Positions 39,891 through 49,079 of a stretch of DNA of 64,000 nt are shown in pieces. The DNA comes from an uncultured Chloroflexia bacterium (GTDB lineage Bacteria; Chloroflexota; Chloroflexia; QHBQ01; JADMIH01). The first letter of the stretch is position 1. Every line of letters starts with the position of its first letter. The notes under the pieces are model-generated. The model made no database searches. It saw only the letters and a program-made list of their open reading frames with translations, and was not told the DNA's origin. A program made the position numbers and the translations under genes. The DNA lies in the NCBI GenBank assembly GCA_963797095.1, contig CAWCNY010000002.1:736001-800000 (forward strand), in the 5' to 3' direction.

Positions 39891-40127
39891 ATACGCCACC
39901 CCCATATAGTCCCGAAGGGACGGCAGAGAGTAACCCAGAGCGTAAGCCCTGTGGTAAGCCCAAGATGATGCCATAGCCCCGTAGGGGCGTAAGAACCAGC
40001 ACTCTGCTATACTATTGATGCAATGCTCTTACGTCCCTTCGGGACTATATGGGGGTGGCGTATGATCCACAGGGCTTGCGCCCTGGGCTACTTTCTTACG
40101 TCCCTTTGGGACTTTGGCTTGGGTGGC
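39891..40127. repeat. About 240-bp composite REP/REPIN-like element, copy 2 (opposite orientation)
   Basis: Colinear with the reverse complement of 4243-4488, including the central spacer. Confidence 0.85.
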
Positions 40128-40291
40128 ACACACCCGAATTCGCAGAGCTATACCGTCACTATGCTCAACAGCACAATCTACTGGTAAGCACCGGCTCCGA
40201 CTCGCACGGCCCACCTGACCCTCTACCGATAAAATACCCGGCATCCCTCAGAAGGAACCTTCTGGAGCGTTGCGGAGTGGCCGTAGAATAG
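40128..40291 (+). pseudogene. C-terminal remnant of a PHP-domain protein
   Basis: HNLLVSTGSDSHG motif; begins at the edge of the REP element, no N-terminus found. Confidence 0.6.
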
Positions 40292-40374
40292 GATAAGGAT
40301 AGGATATCGCCCTCAATTCCACACCGAATCCACACGATCCACAGTCCGCTTCCCCCATCATATAATCGCCTTGT

Positions 40375-43300
40375 ATGAGCGATTTCACTTATCTCTTTGT
40401 CCACACGCATTTCAGCCGTGCGGGCGGTCCCGCTTCACCCTCTGAATGGTGCAAGCGCGCGCTGGAACTAGGATACACCTCCATCGGCATGGCCGACCGC
40501 TCGCCCCTTTCCGGCTGGCCCGCCATGCACCGCGCCGCCCGCCAATCCGGTCTCGGCCTTGTTTATGGCGTGGAGGTCGATATTGTCCTCCCTCCGATTA
40601 ACAGCCCCAAGACTAAAGCGCCTATCGAACCCGCTGCCCAGGGTACCCTCTTGCTGGCACGCTCCCCCGAAGGTGCTCGTAACCTGGCTCACATGGCTTC
40701 CAGCGCCTACGCCCACTGGCCTTCCCACGAAACCCCCATACCCTGGGATGCCCTTGCCGCCCATCATGACGGCCTCTTTCTCATACTCCCCGGCGGCGAC
40801 GAAGCAGGCGCTCCTCAGCCTATCGCAGGCCAGGACGCCCGCAAAGCAGAAGCCTGGGCAGCCGCGCTCAAATCCGCCTTTGGCAACTCTCTCTATATTG
40901 GTCTGCCCCACTCAGGCAGGCCCGGCGATACCGCTCTCGCCGAGGCAATAGCGTCTCGCGCCCAGAGCCTGGACCTGCCCCTTGTGGCCCTGCCCCCCGC
41001 CCGCTACCTCCTGTCCGGCGACGCACCCGCTTATGAGGCTCTCAAAGTAGCCAGGTTCCGTGCAGGCTGGCCCCGCGAAATCGCCAATCTCCCCGCCTCT
41101 ACCGGCTCAATCGCTTCTGACCGTGCTGGTTACGACTACCTACGCTCCCCCGACGAGGCACTTGCGCTCTACAGCCGATGGCCTGCCGCTATCGAGAGCG
41201 CTGCACACATATCGACCGAGGTCGCCCGAATTGATACGTGGCCTTTTGAGACCCCAGATACCAACCACGCCCGCGCTTCCCTTCTAGAGATCGTTGAGCA
41301 ACGCCTTTCTCAATTGCCCGAATTCGTTGCACCTACTGAGTTGCTCACTCGTATCGAGAGCGAGCTTGATAGGTCGAGCCGTTGGGGTGTCGCAGGTGCG
41401 TGGTCGGCCCTTGCAGCTTTGGCAACGCATGCCCAGGATGCGCGAGAGCCTGTGCCAACCGGCTCGCCTGTGGGTCACGCTATCAACTCCTCTCTTGCCT
41501 ATACGCTGGGTGTATCCACAACCACGCCTGCCGATCCTCCCACTTCAGTCCAAATCGAGTCCCCACCCTTCCCAGGCGTCACCTTACCCTCAGCCGGGCG
41601 TTCTTTGCTGCTCAACCGCCTAGCTGAAGAATATGGGCCGGATAGAGTGGCCTATGCCGCCTGCGCCCTCGACATTATGCCTGTACAGGCGCTGGCCGCC
41701 TCGGCAGCCGTCCTCGCTGTGGACAGTAACACGGTGCGAAGCATCATTCTCGCTGCTATAGACGGTGGCTGGCAAGCCCTTGCGAACGCCACCGGAAGCG
41801 ACCCGATCATCCCTACCCTGGCAGACCTCGCCATCGCCCTCAAAGGCGCGCCCATCAGCTCCGTGCCGGACCGGGATACCGCCCTGGTTTCCCCACGTGC
41901 TATCTATGCAGGTTCGACGCTAGCCTCCTGGTTGCCGCTCTTGCAACCTCCAGTTGGTGCGTCCTCCCCGTTGCCCTCGTGGTCGCCCTGGTCCGCCGAA
42001 TCTCTTGCTTCGCTTGGTTACCCCGCTATCCACCTCCCTACCTCCCAGCAACTCGACGCTCTGCACGCCGCCCTGCGACTCGCACTCCGCTATCCTGTGC
42101 CCGGCCTCGCGCTTCCCCCTGCCGATGCCGGCCCCGATGCGCTCTCGGCGGCTCTCCACTCCCAGCATCCTTCCGCCTACTTCGCGGGCGCTCTTGATAC
42201 CGCATGGCGGCACGGCGAGGCCGTTTCTGTAGCCCCTCTGGCTGCCGAAGCCCACAAACTGGGCATCAAGATTGAGCCGCCTCACGTCAATTTCAGCCTT
42301 GAGCATCATACGTTACAGCGCGACGGCAACTCCTGGTCTATACTGTGGGGATTGGCCGCGCTTCCGGGCTGGAGTCCTGCCGCTACCCAAAGCTTCATTG
42401 GTGCTCGCCCGCCAGGCGGTTTTCCGTCCCTCTCCGCAGTGGTTGAAGCGGCCCTATCGTCCGGCCTTGATATTTCCCACCTGCGCACCCTCATCCTCGC
42501 GGGCGCCTGTGATACTCTCGGCGAACGCCCACGCGACCGCCATGCCTTGCTGTCTGCGCTCCCCTCTCTCTTCGAGTGGGCCACATCCCAGGCAACCCGG
42601 GGCGGCCCTGGCGGGGCCAACCAGCTCGACCTCTTCAGCGCTCCTGCCACTCCACCTCCACTTGAGGAAGACCTGCGCGAAGATAACGCCCAGACCTCGT
42701 TTGATGCAGTCCCTACTGCTTACTCTCCCTACGAGCGGTATCTTCGCAATCGCTGGGAGCGCGACAAACTGGGCGTCACATTCACAGAAGCAGACGAGAT
42801 GCACGCCCTTATCGCCGTTCTCGAAGACTCCGGGGCTTTACGCTCCCGTCTCACTTCGACCGAAAGCATCAATGCCAAACAGATAGGCGCGAGCATCCAT
42901 ATAGTGGGTATTCTCTGTGAAATAGCCTTTCTCGAAGGCCAAGATGGCGATACGTTGGCAGTATGCAGCCTACAGGACCCTTATGGCACCCTGGAACTGG
43001 TCACTTTCCCGCCTAACTACAAACGCCACACCTCTTTGTGGGTCGAAAACACCCTTGTTGCCGTTACCGCTCGCGTTCAGGCTCACCAGGATGGCAGTCT
43101 CTATCTCCTGTGCGAGCACCTTGCCCTGTTCACCGCAGGGGCCACCGACGAAAGCTTCAGTATCACAATCAAGACCAGGGCTGCCAGGGGCGCAGCCGCC
43201 AACAAGGAAGCCTCGCAAACTCCCAAACCCGCCTCATCTGCTCGCCCCGACCTCAAGATCGTAGCCGCCCCACCTCCCGAACCGAGGCGAGAGCCACAGC

Positions 43301-43575
43301 CCGCCGCGCCTTCGGGTACGCCCAATTTCAGCCTCATAATCAGCATCCCCGATGCCGATGAAGACCAGCCCGTGATCGACAGCGTAATAAGTCTCAAACG
43401 CCTCCTCGAAGAGTACCCCGGCCCCGACACCGTCACCATCAGGGTTCCCTATATCCGGGGCAGATGGACTTCCGCAAGCCTCTCCTGGGGTGTCGGCTAC
43501 AGCCACCAGCTCGAATCGCGCATCCGCCGCCTCCTAGGCGATGACGCTATAGCCGTGATCCAATTGGCAAGCTGA
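40375..43575 (+). CDS. DNA polymerase III alpha (DnaE)-like protein, predicted catalytically inactive
   Basis: PHP-like N-terminus (VHTHFS, GVE, LLARSPEG..NL), GIKIEPPHVNFS, ILWGL, LILAGACD, QLDLF, OB fold (QDPYGTLELVTFP); PDIDxD and KFDFL motifs absent. Confidence 0.8.
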   Translation: MSDFTYLFVHTHFSRAGGPASPSEWCKRALELGYTSIGMADRSPLSGWPAMHRAARQSGLGLVYGVEVDIVLPPINSPKTKAPIEPAAQGTLLLARSPEGARNLAHMASSAYAHWPSHETPIPWDALAAHHDGLFLILPGGDEAGAPQPIAGQDARKAEAWAAALKSAFGNSLYIGLPHSGRPGDTALAEAIASRAQSLDLPLVALPPARYLLSGDAPAYEALKVARFRAGWPREIANLPASTGSIASDRAGYDYLRSPDEALALYSRWPAAIESAAHISTEVARIDTWPFETPDTNHARASLLEIVEQRLSQLPEFVAPTELLTRIESELDRSSRWGVAGAWSALAALATHAQDAREPVPTGSPVGHAINSSLAYTLGVSTTTPADPPTSVQIESPPFPGVTLPSAGRSLLLNRLAEEYGPDRVAYAACALDIMPVQALAASAAVLAVDSNTVRSIILAAIDGGWQALANATGSDPIIPTLADLAIALKGAPISSVPDRDTALVSPRAIYAGSTLASWLPLLQPPVGASSPLPSWSPWSAESLASLGYPAIHLPTSQQLDALHAALRLALRYPVPGLALPPADAGPDALSAALHSQHPSAYFAGALDTAWRHGEAVSVAPLAAEAHKLGIKIEPPHVNFSLEHHTLQRDGNSWSILWGLAALPGWSPAATQSFIGARPPGGFPSLSAVVEAALSSGLDISHLRTLILAGACDTLGERPRDRHALLSALPSLFEWATSQATRGGPGGANQLDLFSAPATPPPLEEDLREDNAQTSFDAVPTAYSPYERYLRNRWERDKLGVTFTEADEMHALIAVLEDSGALRSRLTSTESINAKQIGASIHIVGILCEIAFLEGQDGDTLAVCSLQDPYGTLELVTFPPNYKRHTSLWVENTLVAVTARVQAHQDGSLYLLCEHLALFTAGATDESFSITIKTRAARGAAANKEASQTPKPASSARPDLKIVAAPPPEPRREPQPAAPSGTPNFSLIISIPDADEDQPVIDSVISLKRLLEEYPGPDTVTIRVPYIRGRWTSASLSWGVGYSHQLESRIRRLLGDDAIAVIQLAS

Positions 43576-43753
43576 TCTCCACCGGCGCATTCCGAAGATA
43601 CCGGCAACCTCTGCTTTCTCTACAAGGCAGCCCCTGCCCTCAATCGCGGGTTCACGGCTTTGTTTCCTTGCAGCGCCAAAGATAGGACCTCAGGCCGATG
43701 CTTGCCTTTTTGCTCCATGTTATCCTAATCCGACACCACACAAGGAGAATGCA

Positions 43754-45115
43754 TTGGCGAAAGACACATCCTCGGAGCAAGACCTACCTAAGAACCTGGG
43801 TGACGGATTAGTGATGCGTAGGGCCACCCTCGAAGACCGTGAGAGGGTCGCCGATTTCCACGCCAATACCCTCCTCGACATAGGGCAAAAAGGCCCCGAT
43901 GAGCCTATGCGCCGCTGGATGCTCGACATGATGAGTGGCGAGCATCCCACTCTCAGGGCCACCGACTTCATCATTGTAGAAGACACAACCACAGGCAAGG
44001 TTGTCTCCTCTATGTGCCTGATCTCGCAGACCTGGACCTACGATGGTATCCCTTTCAAGTTTGGGCAGCCCGAAATAGTCAGCACTGACCCTGCTTACCG
44101 CAGACGAGGCCTTGTGCGCGCCCAATTCAACGAGATTCACCGGTGGAGCGCGGAACGAGGTGAGTTGGTGCAAGGCATCACAGGCATACCCTGGTATTAC
44201 CGGCAGTTCGGCTACGAAATGGCCGTGAACCTCGGCGGCAGTCGCCAGGGTTACAGGCCCAATGTTCCCAGGCTCAAAGAAGGCGAGCAGGAGCCGTACA
44301 ACGTTCGCAAAGCCACCACCGATGACATACCCCTCATCATGGACATGTACAGGCAGGCGGCCTCGCGCTCCCTCATAGCTTCTGTTCGCGATGAGGCTAT
44401 CTGGCGCTACGACCTTGAAAAGCGCACACGGGAGAGTGGCTTTAGCATCGAGTTACGCATAATTGAGACTCTCGAAGGCAAGCCTGTGGGCGTGCTGGCG
44501 CATTCATGGCGCTTGTGGGGGCCGAGCTTGAACACCCACCTCTATGAGACCATACCCGGTATGCCTCTCCTGGCAACCACCCCCACTGTCCTGCGTTACC
44601 TGGATGCCACGGGAGTAGAGTATGCCAAGCGCCCCAGCACTGAAGATGAGCCGAAGGACTTCGGGATCATTTCTTTTGGCCTGGGCGCTCAACACCCCGT
44701 ATATGACACGATTCCAAACAGATTGCCCCGTGTCAATAAACCCTACGCCTGGTATATTCGCGTGCTCGACCTGCCAGCCTTCGTGAACCGCATCGCTCCT
44801 GCTCTCGAAAAGCGTCTTGCCGAATCGGCGCAGGCAGGCTACGCAGGCGAGCTGAAGATCAACTTGTTTCGCACAGGACTTCTCCTCAAGTTCCAGGAGG
44901 GAAGTCTATCGGTGGAAGCCTGGAAGCCAGACCGCGTCGAGGAGGGAGATGCAGCCTTCCCCGACCTAATTTTCCTGCAACTCCTTTTTGGCTACAGGTC
45001 GCTGGAAGAACTGAGGTATGCTTTCCCCGATTGCTCCGCGAACACCGACACCGGTCGTGCCCTCATGCCTATCCTCTTCCCCAGGAAAGACTCCCACGTT
45101 TGGGCCGGGGGCTGA
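43754..45115 (+). CDS. GNAT family acetyltransferase (Eis-like)
   Basis: VSTDPAYRRRGLVR, GIPWYYRQFGY; TTG start with AGGAG RBS. Confidence 0.8.
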   Translation: MAKDTSSEQDLPKNLGDGLVMRRATLEDRERVADFHANTLLDIGQKGPDEPMRRWMLDMMSGEHPTLRATDFIIVEDTTTGKVVSSMCLISQTWTYDGIPFKFGQPEIVSTDPAYRRRGLVRAQFNEIHRWSAERGELVQGITGIPWYYRQFGYEMAVNLGGSRQGYRPNVPRLKEGEQEPYNVRKATTDDIPLIMDMYRQAASRSLIASVRDEAIWRYDLEKRTRESGFSIELRIIETLEGKPVGVLAHSWRLWGPSLNTHLYETIPGMPLLATTPTVLRYLDATGVEYAKRPSTEDEPKDFGIISFGLGAQHPVYDTIPNRLPRVNKPYAWYIRVLDLPAFVNRIAPALEKRLAESAQAGYAGELKINLFRTGLLLKFQEGSLSVEAWKPDRVEEGDAAFPDLIFLQLLFGYRSLEELRYAFPDCSANTDTGRALMPILFPRKDSHVWAGG

Positions 45116-45126
45116 GCCTGCCAATA

Positions 45127-45179
45127 ACGAGTGACGAGTGACGAGTGACGAGTGACGAGTTGTTAGTTGTCACTCGTCA
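45127..45179. repeat. (ACGAGTG) x about 5, followed by inverted CACTCGT units (hairpin-forming)
   Basis: Reverse-complement orientation of the CACTCGT heptamer, directly after the GNAT stop. Confidence 0.9.
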
Positions 45180-45458
45180 TTGGGCCGAAACCAGTACTAG
45201 CAGTCCTAGCCAACACTAGCGAGTACTCCTAATCTCCCCCCGGCCCGGATTCCGCTTTAATGCGCACTATTAGATAGTCCTATATGCCTAGGACGTACTA
45301 TCTCCCATGCATGAGTAGTACCTATGTCATAATCCCTTTTATTGACTCCTTTCTCTGCGCTTTGTTATAGTCAATATGACACGCTCCTGGTCAGTCGCGC
45401 ACTGCTGCTGCCATGTTCTACGCTAAACTCGTGGGGCGCGAACTCAGGATGGAGAAAT

Positions 45459-46253
45459 ATGGACAAAACACCGATAAAAGTTGTCATCGCCGATAGCCAC
45501 GATCTATTCCGCCAGGGTCTCTCCAGTCTGCTCGCTCGTCAGTCCGATATTCAGATCGTGGGTGAGGCCAAAGATGGTGCTGAGCTAATTAGCATGATGC
45601 ACGATCTGGAGCCTCAGGTCCTCCTCATGGAAATCTATATGAGAGGCGTGGATGGTCTGCAAACCGTTTACGATATCATGGCCGAATATCCCGACACCAC
45701 AGTCGCCATACTTACATCTTCCGAAGACGACAATGATGTGCTAACCGCCGTCAAAATGGGTGTGAAGGGTTATATACTCAAAAACAGCAGCCTGGACGAG
45801 CTTGTCCAGGCGGTCCAGGCGCTCTCATCGGGCGGCGCTTACTTCTCCAGCAGCATGTTCACCAAAGTGCTCCAGGAGTTCACCCACCTGGCCCGCAGAC
45901 GCGACCTCCAGGAAGCCAAGGGGATAGACGCCCTTACCGAGCGTGAGAAGGACGTGCTTCGCCTGGTTGCCAAAGGCTCCACCAACCGCGACATCGCGGA
46001 CGAACTGGTAATCACCGAGAACACCGTGAAAGTGCACCTGCGCAATATCCTGGATAAATTGCAGTTGCGTAACCGCCAGCAGGCTGCGGCCTACGCGGTC
46101 CAGGAAGGTCTCATTTCTCGCGTTCTCCCCACCAACCGGGGCTACAACGGCTACAGCAACACATCCTCGGCGGCTCTTGCCACCCCGCGTAGCGTCCCCA
46201 GCCACGATGAGATACGTGCTCGCCTCAGCGAGTACAAAATCCGCATCCGCTAG
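45459..46253 (+). CDS. NarL/LuxR family response regulator with atypical receiver
   Basis: LTEREKDVL, TVKVHLRNILDKL HTH; receiver has ADSH and LLMEI in place of VDDH and LMDI. Confidence 0.9.
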   Translation: MDKTPIKVVIADSHDLFRQGLSSLLARQSDIQIVGEAKDGAELISMMHDLEPQVLLMEIYMRGVDGLQTVYDIMAEYPDTTVAILTSSEDDNDVLTAVKMGVKGYILKNSSLDELVQAVQALSSGGAYFSSSMFTKVLQEFTHLARRRDLQEAKGIDALTEREKDVLRLVAKGSTNRDIADELVITENTVKVHLRNILDKLQLRNRQQAAAYAVQEGLISRVLPTNRGYNGYSNTSSAALATPRSVPSHDEIRARLSEYKIRIR

Positions 46254-46262
46254 ATCAAGTGA

Positions 46263-46305
46263 GTAACAAACAAATCCCCGCCACTCGCGGGGATTTGTTT
46301 GTTAC
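46263..46305. terminator. Bidirectional intrinsic terminator
   Basis: GTAACAAACAAATCCCCGC / GCGGGGATTTGTTTGTTAC between convergent genes. Confidence 0.85.
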
Positions 46306-48083
46306 TTCCCTCTATTCTTCAGCCACTTCTCTAACTTATCGAGCGGCCATGTTGTAATGATCCTGTCGGCGGTGGCCCACCCGCGCCTGGCTGTGTGCAC
46401 TCCATATTCTATGAAATCGTAGTTGCTGGGATAATGCGCGTCGGTATCCACGGCCAGCAAGCACCCTGCCTTCATCGCTTCCTGTATGTAAACATCGTCC
46501 AGGTCAAGCCTGTCGGGAGCCGAGTTCACTTCAAGTGCGGTACCCGTTTTCGCCGCCTCCCTTATTACCGCTCCCACGTTCATAGCCGACGGCTCGCGCT
46601 GGTTGATCAGCCTTCCGGTCGGGTGGCCCAGGATGTCAACGTGCGGGTTGCGCACTGCGTTCAGCGCTCGCCTCGTTACCTCTTCCCCTGGCTGCCTGAG
46701 CCCATTATGAATAGATGCCACCACTACATCGAGCCACTCAAGCACCTCATCGGGGAAATCGAGCGTGCCATCGGTCTTGATCTCAAGCTCGATCCCGTGG
46801 AAGATGCGGAAACCTCCGCCGATGCTCTTCTCCGCCGCCTCGATCTCCCGCCTTTGCGCTCTCAGTCTCTCAACCGTCAGCCCCCTCGCTATCGTAAGGC
46901 TCTGGCTGTGGTCGGTGATCGCCATATACTGGTATCCGCGCTCCTTCGCGGCCCGCGCCATGGTCAATATGCTCTCCGAGCCGTCGCTCCAGGTCGAATG
47001 GCAGTGCAGATCCCCCTTTATGTCCGCTACCTCGACCAGCGTGGGAAGTGTACCCCTCTCCGCCGCCTCGATCTCTCCCCGGTTTTCCCGCAACTCAGGC
47101 GGCATCCAATCCATGCCTAAAGTCCGGTAAATATCGGCTTCATTCTTAATTGGAATGGGTGTGCCGTCGCTGCGCTGTAGACCATATTCATTCAATTTCA
47201 GCCCCATCTTTATGGCACGGTCCCGTAAGGCGATATTGTGTTCCCGCGACCCGGTGAAATGCTGCAACAGCGATGGGTAATACCCGGGGTCCATCACATA
47301 CAGGTCTACCTGGATTCCGTTGTTGAGCCGCACCGTCGCCTTATTCGCCCCTCGCAGGTCCACCACATCCACCATCGGCAGCCCCACGAAGCAATCAAGC
47401 ACCTCGTTCACATCGGTGGCCGTGGCAAGGAAGTCCATATCGCCCACCGTCGCTTTCCACCTTCGCACCGACCCCGCCACCTCCAGCCTGTCGAGCGTCT
47501 TGCACTGCGCTCTCATCAATTGCATCATCTGGCGGGCGAGGGGCAGCGCCGTCCCTAGCAGGTCGCGCTTCTCGGCGCTCCGCTTTTGGATCGCCACCAA
47601 CCCTTCCTTGATGATCTCCACAGTTTTCGGCCCGAAGCCGGGCACGGTCGCAAGCCTTCCGTCCTCGATAGCCTTTTCCAGGTCGGCGATTCCCTGTATT
47701 CCCAGCGTCTGGTACATGTGCATCGCCTTTTTCGCACCGACGTGCGGTATCTCCGTCACCGCTATCAGCGAAGGAGGCACCTCATTCAGAAGGCGCTCGT
47801 AGAAGCGCAGATGCCCGGTCGTAAAAAGCTCATGTACCTTGTCGGTGATCGCCTTGCCCACCCCCGGCAGTTCGTCCACTCGCCCTTCCCGCCATACCTG
47901 CTTCAAATCTTCGTGCAGGTTGGCGAAGGTATCCGAGGCGGTGCGGTATGCCCGTACTTTGAACGGCGATTCACCCTTCAACTCCATTATCGAGGCGATC
48001 TCCGAGAAGATGCGCGCGAAGGTGGCGTTCGTGAAGTTCGCGGCTTCGGGGCTCATTGTGTATTGCCGATCTGTAGTGTTCAT
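46302..48083 (-). CDS. polX: DNA polymerase/3'-5' exonuclease PolX
   Basis: AGSVRR, GDMD, QVDL, HFTGSREHN, PPELRE; PHP motifs HCHS, TDHS, GHPTGR, TDAH. Confidence 0.95.
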   Translation of the reverse strand: MNTTDRQYTMSPEAANFTNATFARIFSEIASIMELKGESPFKVRAYRTASDTFANLHEDLKQVWREGRVDELPGVGKAITDKVHELFTTGHLRFYERLLNEVPPSLIAVTEIPHVGAKKAMHMYQTLGIQGIADLEKAIEDGRLATVPGFGPKTVEIIKEGLVAIQKRSAEKRDLLGTALPLARQMMQLMRAQCKTLDRLEVAGSVRRWKATVGDMDFLATATDVNEVLDCFVGLPMVDVVDLRGANKATVRLNNGIQVDLYVMDPGYYPSLLQHFTGSREHNIALRDRAIKMGLKLNEYGLQRSDGTPIPIKNEADIYRTLGMDWMPPELRENRGEIEAAERGTLPTLVEVADIKGDLHCHSTWSDGSESILTMARAAKERGYQYMAITDHSQSLTIARGLTVERLRAQRREIEAAEKSIGGGFRIFHGIELEIKTDGTLDFPDEVLEWLDVVVASIHNGLRQPGEEVTRRALNAVRNPHVDILGHPTGRLINQREPSAMNVGAVIREAAKTGTALEVNSAPDRLDLDDVYIQEAMKAGCLLAVDTDAHYPSNYDFIEYGVHTARRGWATADRIITTWPLDKLEKWLKNRGK

Positions 48084-48199
48084 ATCTTAGGGCACTCTTC
48101 AAATGTTGGGTCTCGATGCCGGACAAGCACAATCAATGCCAGGATGTGTGGCGTTGGTCAGGGCGATCTCAGATCGCCCTATTGTTGGCTGGATACCTG

Positions 48200-48973
48200 C
48201 TAATCTTCCAGCATTCCGTGCTCGCGGGCGTATTGCGCGGCAGCCTCGCGCCCTGATAGGCTTAGTTTGCGATAGACTTCGGACAAATATGTGCGCACCA
48301 TTCCCTCGGATAACCCGGTGCGCCGGGCAACCTCATCGTTGCTCAACCCATTTGCGAGCAGCCGGAGGATGGCCCTTTCATTCGATGTAAGCAGCGCTTC
48401 AGTGATGAGCGAATTGGTTCCTGGGTGCATATCGTCGTCCCTGGCATCGCTCCCAAGCTCACCGCTCGAAAGGATTCCAGTGATGTAGCTGCCGGTAATG
48501 GGATGCCCTTCGCTTTGCAACAATGGGGTCTCGCCTGCCATTACGTCCCGGATGGTATCGAGCAATGCCTCGCTCCCGGCGTCTTTCAACACGTAGGCGC
48601 TTGCCCCTGCTCGCCTGGCTTCGCGCAGGTGCTCGTCTCCCTTGAACATGGTGAGCGTAATTACTAATATGCCCGGATATGCATCGGCGAGTTTGCGGGT
48701 CGCCTGCATGCCATCCATGCCAGGCATATTGATATCCATCAGCACAATGTCGGGGTGGAGCGTCTCCACTTTATCCAGGGCCTCTCCCCCATCCGCGGCC
48801 TCGCCCACCACCTCCACATCAGGCTCCAACTCAAACATCGAGCGAAGACCCTTTCTATACAGGGCATGGTCGTCTACAATTAAGAGCGTGATCTTCCCGC
48901 TTGCGGGCCGCAACCGTCCGTATGGCGAATTAGCCACGCGGGAAAACCAGATACCGCTCTTATCTGAAGACAT
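48200..48973 (-). CDS. NarL/LuxR family response regulator
   Basis: VDDH, LMDINMP, YVLKD, LuxR-type HTH. Confidence 0.9.
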   Translation of the reverse strand: MSSDKSGIWFSRVANSPYGRLRPASGKITLLIVDDHALYRKGLRSMFELEPDVEVVGEAADGGEALDKVETLHPDIVLMDINMPGMDGMQATRKLADAYPGILVITLTMFKGDEHLREARRAGASAYVLKDAGSEALLDTIRDVMAGETPLLQSEGHPITGSYITGILSSGELGSDARDDDMHPGTNSLITEALLTSNERAILRLLANGLSNDEVARRTGLSEGMVRTYLSEVYRKLSLSGREAAAQYAREHGMLED

Positions 48974-49079
48974 AAGATGCCCCTTCTTTGAAACGTGATG
49001 CTTGCCTATTGCATATTCCGTACTGCGTAGTACTTATCCCACTACTCGTCACTCGTCACTCGTCACTCGCCATCACGTC

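Noticed and set aside
40375-43575. Call as error-prone DnaE2 or as the replicative dnaE
   Set aside because: Catalytic aspartate motifs and fingers are not recognisable; no imuA/imuB or SOS box adjacent
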